A stretch of 64,000 nt of DNA from positions 863,746 through 927,745 of the forward strand of contig JBGLNH010000001.1 of NCBI GenBank assembly GCA_041320535.1, read 5' to 3'. Origin of the DNA: Candidatus Aminicenantes bacterium (GTDB lineage Bacteria; Acidobacteriota; Aminicenantia; Aminicenantales; Saccharicenantaceae). Positions 9,134 through 22,408 of this stretch are shown here, piece after piece. Positions within the stretch are counted from its first letter, which is position 1. The number at the start of each line of letters is the position of its first letter. The notes below the pieces were generated by a model, which was given only the letters and a program-made list of their open reading frames with translations, was not told the origin of the DNA and did not search any database. A program made the position numbers and the translations under genes.

Positions 9134-9994
9134 TCAGCGCCGACGGACCCAGTATCTCTCGTACTTCTCCTCGACGCTCCGGCGGAACTTGTCGACGTGG
9201 CCGAGCACGAACCGGCCGACGTCGAGGGAATCGTCGAGGACGAGCGGCGTCAGGTCCATGGCGAACCAGAGCTGCCCGGCCTCGTCGGTCCGGTGCGACT
9301 GGAAGTAGCTGGCGTTGGCCCGGCGCCGGCCGAGCGTGGCCAGGTCGTAGCGCTTGCCGCCCTCGACCTGCGAGTCGTAGACGCCGATGAGGCCCAGGGC
9401 CAGGTTCTCCCGGCGCCCGACGTCGAGGGCCACCTTGTCGTCGTCGTCCATCCAGTCGAGCCCGCGCCAGACCTCGCAGCCGTAGACGGTCGTCGGGCGC
9501 CCGCCCGGCTCGAGCTCGCGCAGGGCCGCGAGGACGGTGTAGACGACGGCCAGGTGAGTGTCGTGCTTGTCGGCGGGATTGTGCGTGTAGAGGACCTCGG
9601 GCCGGGCGGCCCTCAGGACCTCGACCAGGTCGGACCGGAGCCGCCCGGTCCCGACGTCCTTGACCTCGGCGCTGGCGTAGCCGAGCTGGACGAGAGCGCC
9701 GTAGTCGCCGAGGACGGCCGCCTTCTCCTGCTCGCGGCGCCGGAGCGCGGCCATCTCGTCGTCGGTGAACGAGGCGTACTCGCCGGCCCGGGGCGAGCCG
9801 CCGCCGCTGGTGCAGGTGACGGCCCCGAACCACAGGTCGCGGCTGTTGAAGCACTTCTGGATGCCGTGGAAGGCCATGATCTCGAGGTCGTCCTGGTGGG
9901 CGCCGATCCCCAGGTGCGTGACGCGGCGGAGCGCGTCCCCGGCGGGGAGCCCGTCGGGGATGAAGACCGACGCGTCCGGCTTGAAGAACTTCAT
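9134..9994 (-). CDS. PIG-L/LmbE family N-acetylglucosaminyl deacetylase
   Basis: The real start is MKFFKPD at 9994 (internal to the 497-aa track ORF). Motifs HQDDLEIM and HNPADKHDTH are typical of PIG-L deacetylases. Confidence 0.75.
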   Translation of the reverse strand: MKFFKPDASVFIPDGLPAGDALRRVTHLGIGAHQDDLEIMAFHGIQKCFNSRDLWFGAVTCTSGGGSPRAGEYASFTDDEMAALRRREQEKAAVLGDYGALVQLGYASAEVKDVGTGRLRSDLVEVLRAARPEVLYTHNPADKHDTHLAVVYTVLAALRELEPGGRPTTVYGCEVWRGLDWMDDDDKVALDVGRRENLALGLIGVYDSQVEGGKRYDLATLGRRRANASYFQSHRTDEAGQLWFAMDLTPLVLDDSLDVGRFVLGHVDKFRRSVEEKYERYWVRRR

Positions 9995-11382
9995 GGGCGT
10001 GCTCCTGTCGTTTCGGGCAGGCTGGCCGCGGCGACCGCCTGGCCCACGCGCCGGCTCTTCTCGTCGAGAAGGTGGATGCGGACCCTCTCCGCCGTCTCCG
10101 GGAACGCGGCGGCGAGGACCTCGCTCGCCCGGTCGACGATGATCTTCCCCCCCGGACCGGACATGACGCGTCCGAGGACGAGGAGGTTCTTGAACCGGTA
10201 AAAGACCTCGTACCAGGGGACGGTGCAGCCGAGATAGACGCCGATCGAGTCGAAGATCGAGGCGGCGCGCTCGTCTCCCCGGCCCATCAGCGCCTGGACC
10301 TCCTCGAGGCGCGCCGGACGGCGCATCGCCTCGGGGAAGACCAGGCCCGCGGCCGGGGCCAGCCTGGCCACGGCCTGCTGGGAGAAGTAGTTGGCGCCGA
10401 CGCCGCGGTCCCCGGACCACTCGTCGACGGCCGCGCCGGGAGCGAGGTCGACCGGGACGAAGGCCAGCTCGTCGAGCCAGCCGGGGATGTGGCCGTCCAG
10501 ATCGAGGAACCCGGCCGCCTGGCTCGAGCCCATGGCCACGCCGAGGACGCCCGTCTCGCCGAGCGACAGCCGCCCGGCCAGGGCGGTGACCTCGCCGTCG
10601 TTGACGACCTCGAAGGGGACGCCCCATTCCGCGGCCAGGCGGTCGAAGATCCCCTTGACCTTGGCCTCGAAGTCCGCCTCGGGGACGGAGCGGAAGAGCG
10701 AGGCGATGCGGACCTGGTTGCGGATGATGACGCCGGCCGACGAGCCGCCGATGGCGTCGACGCGGGGGAGATGGGCGGCGGCCTTCTTCAGTCCGGCCCG
10801 GATGTGCTCGTAGTGGTACCGCGGATCGGCCTGCTCGCCGGGGGCCCAGGGGACCTCCTCGCTGTAGACGGGCTCGCCGTCGACGACGGCGGCGACCTTG
10901 TAGTCGCTCGCGCCGAGGTCGAAGCCGATGCGGCAGCCGTCGAGGTGGCCGCCGGGGAAATGGAGGCTCTCGCGGGCCTCGGGGAAGGTCGCCGGGCTGT
11001 GGAGCGCGACCTCGAACGCCCGCTCGTAGATGCGCGCCATGGTCCGGACGTCGAAGGCGCGGGCGCCCGAGGGGGAGTAGTCGGCCTTGAGGCGGCGGCC
11101 GATCGCCGCGGGCCCCTGGACATGGACGCGCCAGCCGCCGCGCGACCAGAGCAGGAACTTGACGGCCCGTTCGGCCATGCGGTAGGTGCGCTCGGGGTCC
11201 GCGTCGCGCTCGGCGACGACGGTGTCGAAGACGGAGACGAGCCCGTCCTCGCGCTCGACGGCGAGGCGGAGAGGGACGGCCCCCGCCGCCCGGGCCCGGT
11301 CGATGTGCCCGCGCCAGGCGGGGACGACGGGCTCGAAGCCCGGATCGCGGGGCGGGCGCGGGGCGGGCGCCGGGGACGTCAT
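9991..11382 (-). CDS. ASKHA-superfamily sugar kinase-like protein (ROK/BadF-like, putative amino-sugar kinase) with a ~170-aa N-terminal extension
   Basis: Start MTSPAPAP at 11382. The actin-like ATPase phosphate-1 region GFDLGASDYKVAAVVDGE is present. ATGA overlap with the deacetylase start. Placement next to nagB and the deacetylase suggests GlcNAc metabolism. Confidence 0.45.
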   Translation of the reverse strand: MTSPAPAPRPPRDPGFEPVVPAWRGHIDRARAAGAVPLRLAVEREDGLVSVFDTVVAERDADPERTYRMAERAVKFLLWSRGGWRVHVQGPAAIGRRLKADYSPSGARAFDVRTMARIYERAFEVALHSPATFPEARESLHFPGGHLDGCRIGFDLGASDYKVAAVVDGEPVYSEEVPWAPGEQADPRYHYEHIRAGLKKAAAHLPRVDAIGGSSAGVIIRNQVRIASLFRSVPEADFEAKVKGIFDRLAAEWGVPFEVVNDGEVTALAGRLSLGETGVLGVAMGSSQAAGFLDLDGHIPGWLDELAFVPVDLAPGAAVDEWSGDRGVGANYFSQQAVARLAPAAGLVFPEAMRRPARLEEVQALMGRGDERAASIFDSIGVYLGCTVPWYEVFYRFKNLLVLGRVMSGPGGKIIVDRASEVLAAAFPETAERVRIHLLDEKSRRVGQAVAAASLPETTGARP

Positions 11383-12329
11383 CGGGCCTTGAACTCCACG
11401 GTGACCGGGACGAGGAGCCGGGCGGCCTGGGCCTCGACCTTGCGGGGCCAGCTCTTCGCGGCGGGGACGGCCGGCGCCGCGATCCCGCGCGCCCAGGCGC
11501 CGGTCACCCAGTAGGTGAGCTTGGCGCCGGCCAGCCCGTTGAGCTTGAGGCCGCGGTCGACCGCGGTCTCGTCGGTCCCGGCGAAGGCGGCGGGCGGGAA
11601 GATCGCGGCCAGCCCGATCTCTCCGGCCCTCTCCGCGCCCCGGCCCCAGGCGGCGAGGAAGCCCTTGTCCCCGGAGGCCTCGAAAGACTCGCCCGCGAGC
11701 TTCTGGAGGCCCGGGCCGGCGACGAACCGGCCGAGGGTCTTGGACGAGACCAGGACGTCCTGCCGGGAGAAAGCGTTCTCGGCGAAGGCCGAGTAGCGGA
11801 CGGTCACGACCGCCTCGCCGGCCGCGGTCCGCACCGCGGGATACTCGGCCTTGATCAGGGTCCGCAGGGGGCCCGCCGCGACGACGGTCACGTCGGCGCG
11901 CGGAGCGCCCGGCCCGAAGAGGGGCACGCGGGTCTCGCCGTCCCAGAGTAAGAGGCCCCCGAGCCCGGCGGACTCCCCGGCCTCGAGGACGTTCATGCCC
12001 CACTCCTGGGGCTTGCTCTCGTCGGCCGGAAGCTTCCTCAGGATGAGGCCGGACTGGAGCTTGCCGTAGAACTCGATCCGGCCGCGCACGAGCTTGAAGG
12101 CGATGAGGTTCGATTCCCAGCCCGCTTCGGGCCCGTCGGCCGCCCAGGGCCCGCGGGCGAAGGCCTTCTCGGGCGTGATGAGCTTGGGCAGGCTGCGCTC
12201 GGGGGTGTAATAGCAGAGGAGCCGCGTCGTCGACGACGGCGGCAGGGTGCGGACAAAGACGATCTCGTCGTGGTAGCGGTCCCGGTCGAAGTCGTCGGCC
12301 TGCGTGACGACCAGGTTGTAGGCCCCCAC
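11379..12329 (-). pseudogene. Hypothetical protein (possibly DUF4861-like), apparently 5'-truncated at the junction at ~12330
   Basis: 316 aa from a GTG right at the breakpoint. There is no signal peptide or upstream RBS, and an in-frame stop lies 2 codons upstream. The family assignment is weak. Confidence 0.35.
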
Positions 12330-12330
12330 G

Positions 12331-14010
12331 AAGATCTACCGCCAGTACGGCGACCGGTCCATCACCGTCCTCAAGACCGACCCCTACCAGAAGAGCCTCG
12401 ACATCTGGGGCGTCGGGTTCAAGACCCCCGACCAGATCGCCCTGAAGCTCGGCCTGGACCCGGGCTCCCTCGAACGGATCAAGGCCTACATCCTCTATAT
12501 CCTCGAGAAGGACAACGAGCAGGGCCACGTCTTCTCCATGGCCGCCGAGGTCGCGGAGCGGTGCGCCGCCGACCTCGAGGCCGGCGCCGGACGGGCGGAA
12601 GAGGCGGTGGCCGGCCTCATCGCGGCCGGGAGGATCGTGGCCGAGGACGCCGCCGGCGGGCGCGCCCTCTACCTGCCGTTCTTCTACCAGGCCCAGGAGG
12701 AGGTCGCCCGGGGCATCCACAGGCTCGCCGGCTTCCCCTGCCGCCCGCCCGACTTCGACCTCGACGAGGCCATCGCCGCGACCGAGCGGGACCGGGGCCT
12801 CGTCTTCTCGACTCTCCAGCGTCAGGCCATCCGCGAGTCGTTCGAGCGCAAGATCCTGGTCATCACCGGCGGTCCCGGGACGGGCAAGACGACCATCATC
12901 CGGGCCGTCGTCGACATCTTCCGCAAGTGGGGCCGCGAGGTCCTGCTCGCCGCGCCGACGGGCCGGGCGGCCAAGCGCCTGGCCGAGGCGACGGGGGAGG
13001 ACGCCCGGACGATCCACCGCGTCCTCGAGTTCCAGCCCAAGAAGGGGACCTTCAAGCGCGACGCGGCCAACCCCCTCCGCGGCGAGGCCCTCGTCGTCGA
13101 CGAGTTCTCGATGGTCGACCTGCCGCTGATGTTCCACCTCCTCAAGGCCGTTCCGCACTGGATGCGCCTCGTCCTCGTCGGCGACAAGGACCAGCTCCCC
13201 TCGGTCGGGCCCGGCTGCCTTCTCGGCGACATCATCGACTCGGGCACGGTCGGCGTCGTCCGCCTCGACGAGATCTTCCGCCAGGAGAAGGAGAGCCTCA
13301 TCGTCGAGAACGCCCACCGCATCAACCAGGGCCGGTCGATCGTCCACGCGCCCCGCGGCGACAAGGACGCCGATTTCTACTTCGTCCGCCAGGACGACGA
13401 CCGCAAGGCCTTCCAGACGATCCTCGAGATGTGCTCCTCGAGCGTGCCCCGCAAGCTCGGGCTGAGCCCGCTGTCGCCGCAGATCCAGGTCATCAGCCCG
13501 ATGTACAAGGGCGTCGTCGGCGTCGACAACCTGAATACCGAGCTCCAGGCCCGGCTCAATCCCGGCGGCGAGGGCCTCCAGGCCGGGACCCGCGTCTTCC
13601 GGGCCCGGGACAAGGTCATGCAGCTGCGCAACGACTACGACAAGGACGTCTACAACGGGGACATCGGCTCCGTCCTCCAAGCCGACCGGACCAGGTACCG
13701 CCTGATCGTCGACTTCGACGGCCGCGCCGTGGCCTACGAGAAGGACGAGCTCAACGACCTCGCGCTGGCCTACGCCGTCTCCGTCCACAAGGCCCAGGGC
13801 AGCGAATACCAGGCCGTCATCATGCCGCTCCTGACCCAGCACTTCATCATGCTGCAGCGCAACCTCTTCTATACCGCGCTGACCCGGGCCAAGAAGCTGA
13901 GCGTCGTCGTCGGCTCGTACAAGGCGCTCTGGATCGCCATCAAGAACGACAAGACGGTGAAGAGGAACTCCCTCGTCCGCGACAAGCTCGCCCGGCTGGC
14001 CGGCCTCTGA
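12331..14010 (+). pseudogene. recD2: RecD2-type ATP-dependent DNA helicase, 5'-truncated (missing roughly the first 200 aa)
   Basis: Homology starts abruptly at KIYRQYGDRSITVLKTDPYQ... (matching B. subtilis RecD2/YrrC residues ~208 onward). Walker A GGPGTGKTT, LVGDKDQLPSVGPG and VHKAQGSEY are present. An in-frame stop sits just upstream, and the first ATG is at 12538. Confidence 0.75.
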
Positions 14011-14093
14011 GCCGGGACCGATTGACTCGACCCGTCATTCCATTATAATGTCCGCGTCCCCTTATCCCGGACCCTTGAAAGGACGGCCGCCGG

Positions 14094-14555
14094 ATGCCCA
14101 CGGACCCCTTCCGCAGCGTCGCCGAGATCGTCGCGTTCGCGATCGCCAGGGAGATCGAGGCGGCCGGCGAGTACGACCGCTGGGCCAGCCTGACCCGGAC
14201 GCCCGGGCTCCGGGAGCTCTTTCACTCCCTCCGCGATCAGGAAGCCTCCCACCGCCGCCTCCTCGAGGGATTGGACGACGAGGCGATCCGGCGCCTCGAG
14301 CCGGCCTTCGTCGCCGACCTGGCGATCGTCGACGCCCTGGACGACGGACCGCTCTCGGGAGACATGTCCGTCCAGGAGGTCCTCATCTTCGCCGCCCGCA
14401 AGGAGAAACAGGCCGCGGAGCTCTATGGGTCCCTGGCCCGGATGGCGGAGGGCACGGACCACCGGCGGCTCTTCCTCTTTCTCGCCGGCCAGGAGCGGGA
14501 GCACAAGCTCAAGCTCGAGGCCGAGTACGAGCGATACGTCCTGCAGGAGAATTGA
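14094..14555 (+). CDS. Rubrerythrin-like ferritin-fold di-iron protein
   Basis: 153 aa with two E...ExxH half-sites (EIEAAGEY...QEASHRRL and KEKQAAELY...QEREHKL). Confidence 0.7.
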   Translation: MPTDPFRSVAEIVAFAIAREIEAAGEYDRWASLTRTPGLRELFHSLRDQEASHRRLLEGLDDEAIRRLEPAFVADLAIVDALDDGPLSGDMSVQEVLIFAARKEKQAAELYGSLARMAEGTDHRRLFLFLAGQEREHKLKLEAEYERYVLQEN

Positions 14556-14564
14556 AAGGAGCGC

Positions 14565-14729
14565 ATGATGGACAAATACGAATGCACCGCTTGCGGCTAC
14601 GTCTACGATCCCGCGGTCGGGGACCCCGACAACGGCATCCCGCCCGGGACGAGCTTCGACGACCTCCCGGACACCTGGGTCTGCCCCCAGTGCGGCGTCG
14701 GCAAGGACCTGTTCTCCAGGCTCGACTGA
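14565..14729 (+). CDS. Rubredoxin
   Basis: Not in the ORF track. The 54-aa translation [54 protein letters not shown] has the canonical CxxCG...CPxCG motifs. Confidence 0.85.
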   Translation: MMDKYECTACGYVYDPAVGDPDNGIPPGTSFDDLPDTWVCPQCGVGKDLFSRLD

Positions 14730-14756
14730 CGCCGGCCGCGAAAACCTGGTCCGCGC

Positions 14757-18297
<3,541 letters not shown>

Positions 18298-18305
18298 GAG
18301 GGGAG

Positions 18306-19451
18306 ATGTCCGGGGCCTGGGTCGAGCGCGTCGAGATCAGCCGGGCCGCGCTCGTCCACAACATCCGCGAATTCCGCCGGATCATCGGCCGCGGGCGGCG
18401 GTTCCTGGCGGTCGTCAAGGCCAACGCCTACGGCCACGGGCTCCTCGAGACGAGCGCGATCGCCGTCGCCGAGGGCGTCGACTGGCTCGGCGTCGACTCG
18501 GTCGACGAGGGGGTCGCGCTGCGCGAGGCCGGTCTCGACCTCCCCGTGCTCGTCCTCGGCTACGCCCCGTTCGGCTCCCTGGAAGAGGCCGTGGCCCGGG
18601 ACCTGCGCCTGACGGTCTACAACCGGGAGACGGTCAAGCGGCTGGCCGCGCTCGCCGCCCGGTCCGGAAAGACCGTCCGCGTCCACGTCAAGATCGAGAC
18701 CGGGACATGGCGTCAGGGGGTCGCGCCCCGGGACCTCGGGGCCTTCGCCCGCGAGCTGCGGAAACACCCGGGCCTCGTCGTCGAGGGGCTGTCCTCGCAC
18801 TTCGCGAACATCGAGGACACGACCAAGCACGACTACCCCCGGCTCCAGCTCGACTGCTTCCGGGCGGCCTGCCGCGAGATCGAGTCCTCCGGCCTGAGCG
18901 TCCCGTTCAAGCACATGTCCTGCACGGCCTCGACCATCCTGTTCCAGGAGCCGGACCTCAACCTGGCCCGGATCGGGATCGGGCTCTACGGGCTGTGGCC
19001 GTCGAAGGAGACGTACCTGTCCTCGGTCCTCGAGAAGAAGGAGCCCCCGGACCTCAAGCCGGTCCTGTCCTGGAAGGCCCGCGTCGCCCAGATCAAGAAG
19101 GTCCCGGCGGGGGCCTTCGTGGGCTACGGCTGCACTTTCCGGACGACCCGGCCGACATCCCTGGCCGTCGTCCCCGTCGGCTATTACGACGGCTACGACC
19201 GCCGGCTTTCCAACGCCGCCCACCTCCTGGTCAAGGGCCGGCGGGCCCCGGTCCGCGGCCGGGTGGCCATGGACTTCATCACGGCGGACGTCACCGACAT
19301 TCCCGGGGTCGGGCTCGAGGACGAGGTGACGCTGCTCGGCCGGGACGGCCGGGAGCGGATCACCGCCGAGGACCTGGCCGCGTTCGCCGGGACCATCGGC
19401 TACGAGGTCCTGGCCCGCATCAACCCGCGGATACCCCGCGTCGTCGTCTGA
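18306..19451 (+). CDS. alr: Alanine racemase
   Basis: The PLP-Lys motif VVKANAYGHG and overall Alr layout; 381 aa. Confidence 0.85.
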   Translation: MSGAWVERVEISRAALVHNIREFRRIIGRGRRFLAVVKANAYGHGLLETSAIAVAEGVDWLGVDSVDEGVALREAGLDLPVLVLGYAPFGSLEEAVARDLRLTVYNRETVKRLAALAARSGKTVRVHVKIETGTWRQGVAPRDLGAFARELRKHPGLVVEGLSSHFANIEDTTKHDYPRLQLDCFRAACREIESSGLSVPFKHMSCTASTILFQEPDLNLARIGIGLYGLWPSKETYLSSVLEKKEPPDLKPVLSWKARVAQIKKVPAGAFVGYGCTFRTTRPTSLAVVPVGYYDGYDRRLSNAAHLLVKGRRAPVRGRVAMDFITADVTDIPGVGLEDEVTLLGRDGRERITAEDLAAFAGTIGYEVLARINPRIPRVVV

Positions 19452-19604
19452 GAAGGAACATGCCTTCCGGCTGCCGCCGGCCGCGGAGGGATCTCGGGAA
19501 GCGGCCCTCCACCGCCTCTTCCGGGAACGCCCCCGCGCGGGGCGGATCCCTCGACTCCCGGATACCGCTCAACCCTTGATCCGCCGCCCCGAAAAGATTT
19601 AAAA

Positions 19605-19629
19605 AAACACTACTAATTCGGTAGTGTTT
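19605..19629. promoter_or_regulatory. AT-rich perfect inverted repeat AAACACTAC-N7-GTAGTGTTT, candidate operator upstream of the DUF438/hemerythrin/PAS gene
   Basis: A 9-bp perfect arm palindrome inside the only strongly AT-rich stretch of this GC-rich intergenic region (gatttaaaaaaacactactaattcggtagtgtttaatgtatcat). It is followed by a TATCAT -10-like element about 30 nt before the ATG at 19663. Confidence 0.4.
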
Positions 19630-19662
19630 AATGTATCATAGGCGTGAACGAGAGGTGAGGCC

Positions 19663-20871
19663 ATGGTCAACGACGCGAAAGCCAGGAAAGAGATCCTGAA
19701 GGACATCATCCGCGACCTCCACAAGGGCGCTGACGTCGACGGCCTGAAGAAGCGCTTCGGCGAGCTCGTCCGCGACGTCTCGGGCGCCGAGATCGGGGCC
19801 ATGGAGCAGGAGCTCATCTCCGAAGGGCTGCCGGAGGACGAGATCCGCAAGCTCTGCGATATCCACGTCAAGGTCTTCGAGGAGTCCCTGGCCTCCGCCC
19901 CAGCCCCGGCCACGGTTCCCGGACACCCTCTCCACACTTTGACGGAGGAGAACCGGGCCATGGAAAAGGTCGTCTCGGAGGTCCAGGCGATCCTGACCCG
20001 CCTCAAGGAGGAGCCGGCCCACAAGGACTGGCCGGCCGACCGGGCCCGCCTGGCCGCGCTCGCCGCCTCCCTGTCAGAGGTCGAGAAGCACTACCTCAAG
20101 AAGGAGAACCAGCTCTTCCCCCGCCTCGAGGACAAGGGGATCAGCGGCCCCTCGAAGGTCATGTGGGCCGTCCACGACGACATCCGGGCCCACCTCAAGG
20201 ACCTCCGGCGGGCGGTCGAGCTCGCCGACGCGGACCTCGTCGTCAGGACCGGCTCGTGGGTCCTGCAGGAGATGAGGGACATGATCACGAAGGAGGAGAA
20301 GATCCTCTTCCCGATGGCGCTCGAGACGCTCGACGACGCCGCCTGGGCCCGGGTCAAGAAAGGGGAGGAGGAGGTCGGCTACGCCTGGATCTCCCCGGCC
20401 CCGGCCTGGTCCCCGGGCCCGGCCCGGGAGCCCGCCGCGGGCGCGTCCGCCGGCGGCCCGATCGCCCTCGACACCGGGGCCCTGACGACCGGGCAGATCG
20501 ACCTCATGCTGACGCGCCTGCCCGTCGACATCTCCTTCGTCGACGAGACCGACACGGTCGTCTACTACTCGGGGACGGCCGACCGGATCTTCCCGCGGAC
20601 GCCCGGCGTCATCGGGCGCAAGGTCCAGAACTGCCACCCGCCGAAGAGCGTCGACGTCGTCGAGCGCATCCTGGCCGCCTTCCGGTCCGGCGAGCGCGAC
20701 GAGGCCGAGTTCTGGATCGAGTCGGGCGGCAGGTTCATCCACATCCGCTACTTCGCCCTGCGGGACAGGTCGGGGGCCTACAAGGGGACGCTCGAGGTCA
20801 CCCAGGACGTGACCTCGATCCGGCGCCTTCGGGGCGAGCGCCGTCTGCTCGACTGGGACGGCGCGGCGTGA
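19663..20871 (+). CDS. DUF1858-DUF438-hemerythrin-PAS sensor protein
   Basis: Hemerythrin HHE cation-binding motifs (DIHVKVFEE, WAVHDDIRAHLKD) and a C-terminal PAS-like domain. This architecture is typical of O2/NO-responsive sensor proteins. Confidence 0.75.
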   Translation: MVNDAKARKEILKDIIRDLHKGADVDGLKKRFGELVRDVSGAEIGAMEQELISEGLPEDEIRKLCDIHVKVFEESLASAPAPATVPGHPLHTLTEENRAMEKVVSEVQAILTRLKEEPAHKDWPADRARLAALAASLSEVEKHYLKKENQLFPRLEDKGISGPSKVMWAVHDDIRAHLKDLRRAVELADADLVVRTGSWVLQEMRDMITKEEKILFPMALETLDDAAWARVKKGEEEVGYAWISPAPAWSPGPAREPAAGASAGGPIALDTGALTTGQIDLMLTRLPVDISFVDETDTVVYYSGTADRIFPRTPGVIGRKVQNCHPPKSVDVVERILAAFRSGERDEAEFWIESGGRFIHIRYFALRDRSGAYKGTLEVTQDVTSIRRLRGERRLLDWDGAA

Positions 20872-20942
20872 ACGGGCTTGTCAGAGCGGGGCGGGCGGCG
20901 TAAGATAAGGAAGTCTTTTCCCGCGACAACGAGGAGTCACCG

Positions 20943-21164
20943 ATGAAAGAGAAGATCGAACAGGCTTTGAACAAGGTCCGCCCGGCCCTGCAGGCCGACG
21001 GCGGCGACGTCGAGCTCGTCGAGGTCGGCGCGAACGGCGTCGTCAAGGTCCGTCTCAAGGGCGCCTGCGGCGGCTGCCCGATGTCCCAGCTGACCCTGAA
21101 GATGGGCATCGAGCGCATCCTGAAGAAAGAGGTCCCGGAGGTCGTGTCGGTCGAAGCCGTCTGA
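20943..21164 (+). CDS. NifU-like (Nfu) Fe-S cluster assembly domain protein
   Basis: 73 aa with the [13 protein letters not shown] CxxC motif typical of the Nfu/NifU C-terminal domain. Confidence 0.75.
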   Translation: MKEKIEQALNKVRPALQADGGDVELVEVGANGVVKVRLKGACGGCPMSQLTLKMGIERILKKEVPEVVSVEAV

Positions 21165-21189
21165 GGCTTCCCGCTCCCCGGGAGGGACG

Positions 21190-21900
21190 ATGACCAGCGT
21201 CTATCTCGACCGCATCGCGGCGACGCCGCTGCACCCCGAGGTCCGGGAGGCCATGCGGCCCTACCTCGAGGACGCCTTCGGCAACCCCCAGAGCCTCCAC
21301 GCGCACGGACGCCGCGCCCAGGAGGCGGTCGAAGAGGCCCGCGGCGACGTCGCCGCCCGCGTCGGGGCCCGCGCGGACGAGATCTATTTCACCTCGAGCG
21401 GCAGCGAGGCCAACAACTTCGCCGTCAAGGGCCTGGCCCTCGGCCAGCAGGCGCGGGGCCGGCACGTCGTCGTCTCGGCCATCGAGCACAGCTCCGTCCT
21501 CAACTCGGTCAAGGCTTTGGAGCGGCAGGGCTTCACGGCCGCCCTCGTCCCCGTCGACGGGCAGGGCAGGGTCGATCCGGCCGAGGTCGAGAAGGCCCTG
21601 ACCCCGGAGACCGTCCTCGTTTCCGTGATGACGGCCAGCAACGAGGTCGGGACGATCGAGCCGGTCGCCGCGATCGCCGCGGCGGCGAAGAAGAGGGGCG
21701 CCCTCGTCCACACCGACGCCGTGGCCGCCGCCGGCAGCGTCCCCCTCGACGTCCGGGCCCTGGGCGTCGACGCCCTGAGCCTGGCCGGCGACCAGTTCCA
21801 CGGCCCCAAGGGCGCGGCGGCCCTCTTCGCCCGCCGGATCACCGTGCCGGTGCAGCTGCTCGCGGAAGGAACGGAACGGCCAGTTGTACGCTGTCAGTGA
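21190..21900 (+). pseudogene. Cysteine desulfurase (NifS/IscS family), 3'-truncated; homology ends at ~21837 (..GAAALFARR) and the ORF stops at 21900
   Basis: PLP-dependent class V aminotransferase features (SGSEANN, HTDAVAA, ALSLAGDQFHGPKG) cover only about 216 of the ~390 aa. The conserved GGGQE and the PLP-Lys region downstream are missing. Confidence 0.75.
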
Positions 21901-22191
21901 GGCGTCTTCAGGAATGGAACCCCCCGAACCACGTTGATCCGGCACGATGGCCCGGCCCCTCTTGGCGATTATCCGGGCCACCGGTTCCATGCCCTCGCCG
22001 GAAAAACCTGGGCCGCCCATGAGCACCAGCACAGGCTCCCCCTGGCCGTAGTCTTTGTAGTGTAGCGCCAGGTCGGGGCGGGCCAGGGTCTTTGCCTTCA
22101 CCAATGGGGGTGCAGGCGTCTCCGGAGTTTGAGCCGGGGCTGGAAGGCTTAGGCATAGCAGCAGGCAGGCCGCGAGGCGCATAGCTGGCAT
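21842..22191 (-). pseudogene. Alpha/beta hydrolase (proline-iminopeptidase-like), N-terminal ~115 aa only; converges head-on into the truncated nifS
   Basis: Signal peptide MPAMRLAACLLLCLSLPAPAQ, then YKDYGQGEPVLVLMGGPGFSG...VPDQRGSGGSIPEDASL. The frame then runs antisense through nifS as junk; the nucleophile elbow GxSxG is never reached. Confidence 0.5.
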
Positions 22192-22408
22192 GATGTTGTT
22201 CCCTTTCACGGCTTTTTCCCGAAATACCCCTTTGCCCATGATGAAACTATACTGCCGGCTGGGAGGCGGAGTCAACGAGGAGGGCTTAGTCTTTTACACC
22301 GGCTTTACACGGGGGGGGAGTTCGTTTTCCCGCACGAATGCTGGCGTTGACTTGGCCTGAATACGGTGCTATAGGTTGATCCAACACCGCATAATTTGGA
22401 GGGGGGAA

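Noticed and set aside
12340-12370. An apparent -1 frameshift inside recD2 near 12360.
   Set aside because: It arose from misreading a line break. Re-reading (..gcgaccggtc / catcaccgtc..) gives a continuous frame KIYRQYGDRSITVLKT, consistent with the ORF-track frame.
19605-19629. Possible NrdR box (arms ACACTA / TAGTGT).
   Set aside because: NrdR boxes are 16-bp with a 4-nt AT spacer; here the arms are separated by 9 nt. No nrd genes are nearby.
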